Below, piece by piece: positions 43,252 to 48,440 of a stretch of DNA of 48,440 nucleotides (positions are counted from its first letter, which is position 1; each line of letters starts with the position of its first letter). The notes beneath the pieces were generated by a model. The model did no database searches. It was given only the letters and a program-made list of their open reading frames with translations, and was not told the DNA's origin. This stretch comes from Candidatus Parcubacteria bacterium (GTDB taxonomy: Bacteria; Patescibacteriota; Patescibacteriia; Magasanikbacterales; UBA922). The DNA is taken from contig PKTJ01000023.1 of the NCBI GenBank assembly GCA_002869205.1, forward strand, positions 1-48,440. The letters run 5' to 3'. The position numbers and the translations under genes are program-made.

Positions 43252-43655
43252 AATTCTAGATTAGTTGTTGAAGAATTTTTGTGTTTTATTGAAATGGTAA
43301 ATGAAATAACTAGTATAAATATCACGAATAGAAGTAACGCGTTCCAGATGTTTAAAAATCCCCCACCTCGTAAGTACAAAAACATAATAATGAAGGCGGT
43401 GATAAAAACTGATTGTTTGAAACTAATTTGTACATAGCGGAATAGTGGTAAGTCTCGTGATGCAAACAATTTGTAAGACAGGAACGTAAGAAGAGATATT
43501 GTTCCGAGAAGCGCCAGAAAGAAGCTCATATAAAAAAAGACAAATCCCAGATAAGTGGTCTGGAATGGATCAACATTGATAATCACAAATACCCAAGATA
43601 TCCAACACAGGATGGTTGCAAATAGCATGGTAAAGATGTATTGGCGAAGGGTCAT
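43248..43655 (-). CDS. hypothetical polytopic membrane protein
   Basis: 135 aa with four hydrophobic helices and a 4-nt overlap (ATGA) with proS. Confidence 0.5.
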   Translation of the reverse strand: MTLRQYIFTMLFATILCWISWVFVIINVDPFQTTYLGFVFFYMSFFLALLGTISLLTFLSYKLFASRDLPLFRYVQISFKQSVFITAFIIMFLYLRGGGFLNIWNALLLFVIFILVISFTISIKHKNSSTTNLEL

Positions 43656-43659
43656 ATAG

Positions 43660-43786
43660 TGTAATCTCGAATCCGAACGATAGTGAGTGATGAGAGATCT
43701 TTCTTACAAAGCGCACCTCTCTTTGGCTATTTTGTGAATTAGAGGTGTTTAATTTATGAAAGATTCCTCACTCTGTTCGGAATGAA
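43660..43786. repeat. family-B gene-less inverted doublet (MITE-like)
   Basis: The left unit TGTAATCTCGAATCCGAACGATAGTGAGTGATGAGAGATCTTTCTT and right unit GAAAGATTCCTCACTCTGTTCGGAATGAAT are inverted copies. A central CACCTCT/AGAGGTG hairpin lies between them. The doublet starts 5 nt from a gene start. Confidence 0.65.
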
Positions 43787-43853
43787 TATAAAAATAGCTC
43801 TTATCAAGCTATCTTATTTTACCGCTTTTGTGGGTTTTTGACAAGTTTTGTTC

Positions 43854-44153
43854 TTAGGCCAAATATCGTATACGATCCACCTCATTTTTGCCTAATTTTT
43901 CATTCATTTTTTCTACTATTTCAGCCTGATTGAGTCTAATTTCTCCGGCTATGGCAGAACTCGAACAGCTTACAGTAAGTGTTCTGTTTTTCAAAAACAA
44001 CGGCTTTGCTTGCAACGCCATTTCTTTTTCAAACATCTCCTCAAACACACTTTGTGCAATTTCAATAATTTCAGCTTCTTCGAGCTGTTTTTTCCCTGCA
44101 GCATCTTTTTCTGAATTGTCATGGAGTGTGTCTCCAAGTGGTGTAAATGGCAT
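43854..44153 (-). CDS. DUF721 / DciA-like protein
   Basis: 99 aa with a LKNRTLTVSCSSSAIAGEIRLNQAEIVEKMNEKLG pattern typical of DUF721. Confidence 0.6.
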   Translation of the reverse strand: MPFTPLGDTLHDNSEKDAAGKKQLEEAEIIEIAQSVFEEMFEKEMALQAKPLFLKNRTLTVSCSSSAIAGEIRLNQAEIVEKMNEKLGKNEVDRIRYLA

Positions 44154-44164
44154 AGTTATATTAA

Positions 44165-44683
44165 CTAGACTTTGTATATGTATATAGTATCATCTTTTGC
44201 GACAGGTTGCCAGTCCGGAAAGGTAAACGCATGTGAAACAATACGACTTCCTGGCTTCATTTCACGTTTTATTTTCTTTTTTAGCTTATTCATCCAGTGA
44301 GGAATAAAGTAAATTGAAATCACATCATACTCACTCAAATCAACATTCCAGAGGGTGTCACGTATGAGTGTGGTATTTTTGCTTTTACTTTTTGTCTTTT
44401 TTAGTTTACTTATGATATGCAAAAGTGGGCTGATTTCTACTCCTGTTGCATGTTTGCATTTTTTTGCGGCTGCAAATACCAGTCTCCCATCACCAGAACC
44501 AAGATCTATGAACTTTTCATCTTGTTTTAATTCTACAAGCTTGAGCATCCTCTCTACCTTTGTATGATTTGTTGGCACAAATGGTGCTCCGCTAATCATG
44601 GCATAGAGTGCATAGAGCAAATATACGAGAATCGCGATATAAATTAACGAAAATACAATTATGATTGCCCAAAGCATAAGCAT
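44165..44683 (-). CDS. class I SAM-dependent methyltransferase with N-terminal TM helix
   Basis: Motif I FIDLGSGDGRLVFAAA, with later acidic and aromatic motifs. Confidence 0.7.
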   Translation of the reverse strand: MLMLWAIIIVFSLIYIAILVYLLYALYAMISGAPFVPTNHTKVERMLKLVELKQDEKFIDLGSGDGRLVFAAAKKCKHATGVEISPLLHIISKLKKTKSKSKNTTLIRDTLWNVDLSEYDVISIYFIPHWMNKLKKKIKREMKPGSRIVSHAFTFPDWQPVAKDDTIYIYKV

Positions 44684-44709
44684 CTTATAAGATTATTAGT
44701 TATGATCTA

Positions 44710-47661
44710 TTACAATTGTCTAAATTCACAAATTTCTTTGAAATCGCAATATTTACACACATGTTTTCCTGGTGTTGGTGTGAAGTTTCCCTCTCTGATT
44801 TTTTCCATTACACCGAGGAGTTTTTGTTGTAATTTTTCCATGTCTTTGTCTTTGCCAACAAACGAGGTTTTCAGATCATCATTTACATAGTAGAAGGTTA
44901 GTTTTCCTACCTCACCAATATTTCGATATTCAGGCAATGTCTGAGCAGCAATCTGATAGATGAGAAGCTGTTGTTTGTCATCTGTGGCAAGCTTATCCTT
45001 ACCTTTTCCAGTTTTGTAGTCAATAATTTCAAGTGTGCCATCTTCTAATTTGTCTATACGATCAATACGACCATTGATGAGGTAATCCCCTACTTTGATT
45101 TTGAAGAAACCCTCAAGACTTACTGGTACTGTCCAGTTGTCTTCCTGAGAGGTGTAAAAAACTTTAAGAATATCCTTTCCTTTTTTATAATAACTCTCAC
45201 GTTGTTTTTTACTTTTATACCAGTCTCCTATCCATTTGTCCTCATACATTTCCAGAAGCTCTTCCATATTTGGCACTTTTATGCCATTCGCCTTTGTTTC
45301 TGAGGGTTTTTCAGCAGGTAGTCCGAAGAGTGAGGCTTGTTTTACATTGTTTAGTTCCTGAACACGTTCGTAAAATTCTTGCAGTGTGTTGTGAATACTA
45401 TTACCAAAACTAAATGCCGCACTACCTTTCATAGGGATTTTCAAAATATGTGCAAGTTTGTATTGATATGGGCAACGTTGATATGAATTGAGTTGAGAGA
45501 ATGAAAATTTTGATGGAGGTGTGTACTCAAATTCACCAACATCTGTTGAAGTTACTTCATTGTTAAAATGTTTCATTGTGTTTTGAGGGTCTTTGTTTTT
45601 TTCAATCACTTCCTTTCCCTCTGTGGTGAATCCGAGTTCATGCAAGAATCTACTTACTTTCTTTTGTCTCACACCCCCATAATTATCTGCACTACTAAAG
45701 AAGAGGTGTTGTTTTGCACGTGTTGCTGCTACATAAAACAGACGTCTTTCTTCTGCATAATGTATATCATTTGATTCAGGTAGAGACTCTTTTATGAGTT
45801 CGTCTGGTAAATCTATGTCTCCGCCGCGTCTCCGTGTAGGGAATCTTTCTTCTACACAATTTACTACAAAAACATATTTGTATTCCAGACCTTTGGCACC
45901 GTGAACAGTGATAATATTGACTGAATCAGGTGTGTCAGTTGGTTGATACATTTTTCCACCATCCCCTGATTCGATAATATAGTTATAATGTTCTACAAAT
46001 CCAGCCACATGTGCTCCGGGGATTGCACGTTCATAGTTTGAAATAAGATCAAAAAGTTGCTTGAGGTGATATATTTGTCTAATCACTTCTCTATTTCCTT
46101 GATTCTCTTCGTGTGTAAGATATGAAAAATAACCACTGCTTTCCATAAATTCATATAGGATCGAAGTTGGTTTTTCAAATTTTATGTGCTTCATTCCATC
46201 GTGCACCCAGGCGATTAAGTTGCTCGCAATGGTGACTCCTTCTGGTGATATATAAAATTCTTTTGATCGTTTTAGTGCCTCATAATAACTTATTGACTTC
46301 TTTTTTGCACTGGCAGTTATTTTTTGTATATCATTTTCTGTGAATTTCAAAAATGGCATGCGTAAGAGTCTATACCAGGCTCTATCATCTTGGATGTGTT
46401 CGAGGATGTTTAAAAAATTTATAGCATCAAGTACTACTGGCTGACGATAAAGTCCGGATGAGGCAATAAATTCATATGGTATACCCGAGGATTCTAATCT
46501 GCTCAAGAAAGGTTCTGTATGACTATTCGCACGCACGAGAATCGCAAAGTCATCCCAATCTGCAGATTCTTTTTCACGTATATCACTGATTTTTTGTATT
46601 ACACCAGCTACCTCATCATCGAGAGTGGAAAAATGCAAATGTTCTACATTTCCTTTAATTTTAGCCTTGGATTCAAGCTTTTTATCAAGTCCTAATTTTT
46701 CTTCTAGTCTCTCAGGATTATTATTCAAAATACTTTTGTATGCAAGATCCAAAATCTCTTGTCCCGAGCGATAGTTTTCTGTAAGTACTATTTCTTTTGC
46801 TTGTTTGTAATCTTCTTTAAACCTCATGATGATGGATACGTTTGAACCGCGAAATGCATAGATAGATTGATCGTCATCTCCCACAACAGTGAGTTGAGAA
46901 TCTTCTCCTGTCAGAAGTCTGATGAGCTGGTATTGAGCCCAGTTTACATCTTGAAATTCGTCTACAAGAATATACTTAAATCTCTCTTGAAGTTTCTTTA
47001 AAATATTTGGACGTTCTTGTAATAGCTTTACACAATAAAAAATCAGATCACCAAAGTCTAATGCCTGATTGTCTAGAAGTAACTGGTCATATGTGTGATA
47101 TGCGTTGGCGATTTCAACACGTTTATTTTTTTCTTGAATCTCCGCTTCATCTTTGTCGAGAGTCAGACCTTCTGCATATTCCAGATAATCTTTTGAAGTA
47201 ATTAATTCATCTTTTGCTTTTGAAAAATGTGAAAGTAGGGTGTGAATTTGTCCGGTTGGGTTACCGAGTGGACGATAATAATCCAAATTAAAATCATAAA
47301 TATGTTCTCTTACAAGAAGCCATGCGTCTGTTCCAGAAAGAAGTTTGAAATGTGGAGGTAATCCTAAATCTACGCCATATTCTTCGAGAAGCCTCTGACA
47401 AAAGGCGTGAAATGTGGAAATTTGAAGATCAATGTAACCTATTTCAAGCATTTCATCCACACGTTCCTGCATTTCTGCAGCAGCCTTGTCAGTAAACGTG
47501 AGAGCCAATATTTCTTCAGCCTTTGCTTTCTTGGAATCAATAAGATGGGTAATCTTTTGTGTCACCACCGTTGTCTTCCCTGTACCTGCCCCCGCAACAA
47601 TCAGAAGAGGGCCGTCGTTGTATTCGACTGCCTCGCGTTGTGCTTTGTTTAGTTTATACAT
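44710..47661 (-). CDS. UvrD/PcrA/AddA-type superfamily 1 helicase fused to a C-terminal PD-(D/E)xK nuclease with a Cys cluster
   Basis: AGAGTGKT (Walker A), VDEFQD (motif II) and VHGAKGLEY. The C-terminus has C...GRIDRID..IIDYKTG...CKYCDFKEIC (AddB/Cas4-like). The start was moved to the ATG at 47661 because the GTG-initiated extension runs into the high-GC block. Confidence 0.85.
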   Translation of the reverse strand: MYKLNKAQREAVEYNDGPLLIVAGAGTGKTTVVTQKITHLIDSKKAKAEEILALTFTDKAAAEMQERVDEMLEIGYIDLQISTFHAFCQRLLEEYGVDLGLPPHFKLLSGTDAWLLVREHIYDFNLDYYRPLGNPTGQIHTLLSHFSKAKDELITSKDYLEYAEGLTLDKDEAEIQEKNKRVEIANAYHTYDQLLLDNQALDFGDLIFYCVKLLQERPNILKKLQERFKYILVDEFQDVNWAQYQLIRLLTGEDSQLTVVGDDDQSIYAFRGSNVSIIMRFKEDYKQAKEIVLTENYRSGQEILDLAYKSILNNNPERLEEKLGLDKKLESKAKIKGNVEHLHFSTLDDEVAGVIQKISDIREKESADWDDFAILVRANSHTEPFLSRLESSGIPYEFIASSGLYRQPVVLDAINFLNILEHIQDDRAWYRLLRMPFLKFTENDIQKITASAKKKSISYYEALKRSKEFYISPEGVTIASNLIAWVHDGMKHIKFEKPTSILYEFMESSGYFSYLTHEENQGNREVIRQIYHLKQLFDLISNYERAIPGAHVAGFVEHYNYIIESGDGGKMYQPTDTPDSVNIITVHGAKGLEYKYVFVVNCVEERFPTRRRGGDIDLPDELIKESLPESNDIHYAEERRLFYVAATRAKQHLFFSSADNYGGVRQKKVSRFLHELGFTTEGKEVIEKNKDPQNTMKHFNNEVTSTDVGEFEYTPPSKFSFSQLNSYQRCPYQYKLAHILKIPMKGSAAFSFGNSIHNTLQEFYERVQELNNVKQASLFGLPAEKPSETKANGIKVPNMEELLEMYEDKWIGDWYKSKKQRESYYKKGKDILKVFYTSQEDNWTVPVSLEGFFKIKVGDYLINGRIDRIDKLEDGTLEIIDYKTGKGKDKLATDDKQQLLIYQIAAQTLPEYRNIGEVGKLTFYYVNDDLKTSFVGKDKDMEKLQQKLLGVMEKIREGNFTPTPGKHVCKYCDFKEICEFRQL

Positions 47662-47715
47662 AACATTATGACAATAACGTGGAATCCAGCTCTGAGCCTC
47701 CGAGGATCCCACTTC

Positions 47716-48177
47716 TCAGAGCCGGTTATCTCCCGGCACCTTGCATACGTACTTCATGATGCGTGCGAACAGTCCAAAAGGACCAGTGTGCGTCTTGAAG
47801 TAGTAGGTGCCGTAGTTGAGCACAACGCTCGTCGTGAATGTGAGGACTGTGGGGGCGATTACGCTCCAAAACAACTCAGGTGTTTCGTTGAAGAACTGTC
47901 CAGCGAAATGCCAGGAGAATGTCGTGAGTGTGGGGATTGCTGTTCCTAGAGTGTATGACCACAGTCTGTTTTCCCAAGCGGCGAACCACTGGATTACACC
48001 GGTCATAGTGCCTGTTATTGCAACCCCTGTTACACCTGCTACAAGTCCTGCACGGAGAGATTCCTCCCAGCCGTGCGATATGTTCACAAGAGCTGTCATC
48101 GATCCAATGACAGGAAGTGCCCACCAACCGAGCCGAGGATTAAAGATGTTCTGGAAGAACCATTTGACCCAATTCAT
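47716..48177 (-). CDS. orphan higher-GC 4-TM membrane protein (153 aa)
   Basis: Four hydrophobic Trp/Gly/Thr-rich helices and an AAGGA SD ~5 nt upstream. Composition is clearly richer in G+C than the neighbours. No family recognised. Confidence 0.55.
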   Translation of the reverse strand: MNWVKWFFQNIFNPRLGWWALPVIGSMTALVNISHGWEESLRAGLVAGVTGVAITGTMTGVIQWFAAWENRLWSYTLGTAIPTLTTFSWHFAGQFFNETPELFWSVIAPTVLTFTTSVVLNYGTYYFKTHTGPFGLFARIMKYVCKVPGDNRL

Positions 48178-48440
48178 GGCCGTCCTTCAGGTGGTTAGTT
48201 ATGCATATAGTATCATATCTGGTTTGTAATATAAAGAAAAAGTTCTGTTGAAAACAGAACTTTTAAAAAAGATTTTCTAAGGGTTAGCAACCACAACCGC
48301 CGCCCCCAAGATTTTTAGGACACACCATAGATAAATATTAATAATTAATATAAATATAGTATGATTTAAGTAAGGAGATTGGTCAATTGTGTATAAGTCT
48401 ATTAGTCAACTTTGTGAATGTTATTTTGACGTATCATTCC

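Noticed and set aside
47816-48229. + strand 137-aa ORF antisense to the 4-TM membrane protein gene
   Set aside because: It has no SD and the product has no hydrophobic or structured pattern. The opposite strand gives four clean TM helices with an SD.
1-48440. tRNA, rRNA, prophage, integrase/transposase, restriction-modification or known defence-system genes
   Set aside because: I scanned every intergenic gap for tRNA-like acceptor/T-arm patterns and every ORF over 60 aa for hallmark motifs. None was found. The only methyltransferase (44165-44683) is a small membrane-anchored class I enzyme without DNA-methyltransferase motifs.
48371-48440. Possible partial + strand gene at the right edge (AAGGAG at 48371-48376 followed by TTG/GVG-type starts at 48386/48388)
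   Set aside because: Only ~17 codons are visible and two frames are open. The start is non-ATG, so the evidence is too thin to call.

Overview
This is a low-GC, gene-dense bacterial chromosome segment, about 90% coding and mostly housekeeping. Gene content suggests a reduced-genome, Patescibacteria/CPR-like organism, but that is inference only because no database search was possible.

Recognisable blocks:
- Envelope and zinc genes: a DUF218 protein, an M23 peptidase and ZupT.
- A minimal Fe-S and redox neighbourhood: a glutaredoxin-like protein, an FNR-like reductase, Rrf2-NifS-NifU and two ferredoxins.
- ClpB, ThpR/LigT, a TagA-family glycosyltransferase, a TrmH-family methyltransferase, GltX, a second M23 peptidase and two DEDD exonucleases.
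- A cell-wall and division operon: FtsQ-like, two FemAB paralogs, a DegT aminotransferase, membrane-anchored MurF-like ligase and an alpha/beta hydrolase.
- SerRS, a Ham1-Nudix fusion, a RibL-like nucleotidyltransferase, a LysRS-HD fusion and GreA.
- PBP2-MreD-MreC-MreB, ProRS, a DciA-like protein, a SAM methyltransferase and a UvrD-type helicase-nuclease.

No tRNA, rRNA, CRISPR array, transposase or integrase was found.

Features the ordinary gene list does not explain:
1. Five sharply bounded high-GC micro-cassettes sit in intergenic gaps. Each carries one small orphan ORF with its own expression signals. One also carries a ~200-nt structured RNA with a consensus promoter and terminator.
2. 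A hairpin-forming terminal-inverted-repeat element family brackets small GIY-YIG nuclease genes, one intact and one frameshifted. It also occurs as gene-less MITE-like doublets, always tight against gene boundaries.
3. A ~100-bp palindrome-containing intercistronic repeat family is present in four copies.
4. Tracts with 8-nt periodicity (AACTT-type) form inverted arms around terminators. One is read through as the linker of the LysRS-HD fusion.
5. A C-rich/G-rich hairpin motif family is present in three copies.
6. A 600-bp AT-rich gene-free gap has its own inverted and direct repeats.

CDS coordinates follow the supplied ORF track, with some starts moved to internal Met codons. Hand-derived coordinates of non-coding features may be off by 1-2 nt.
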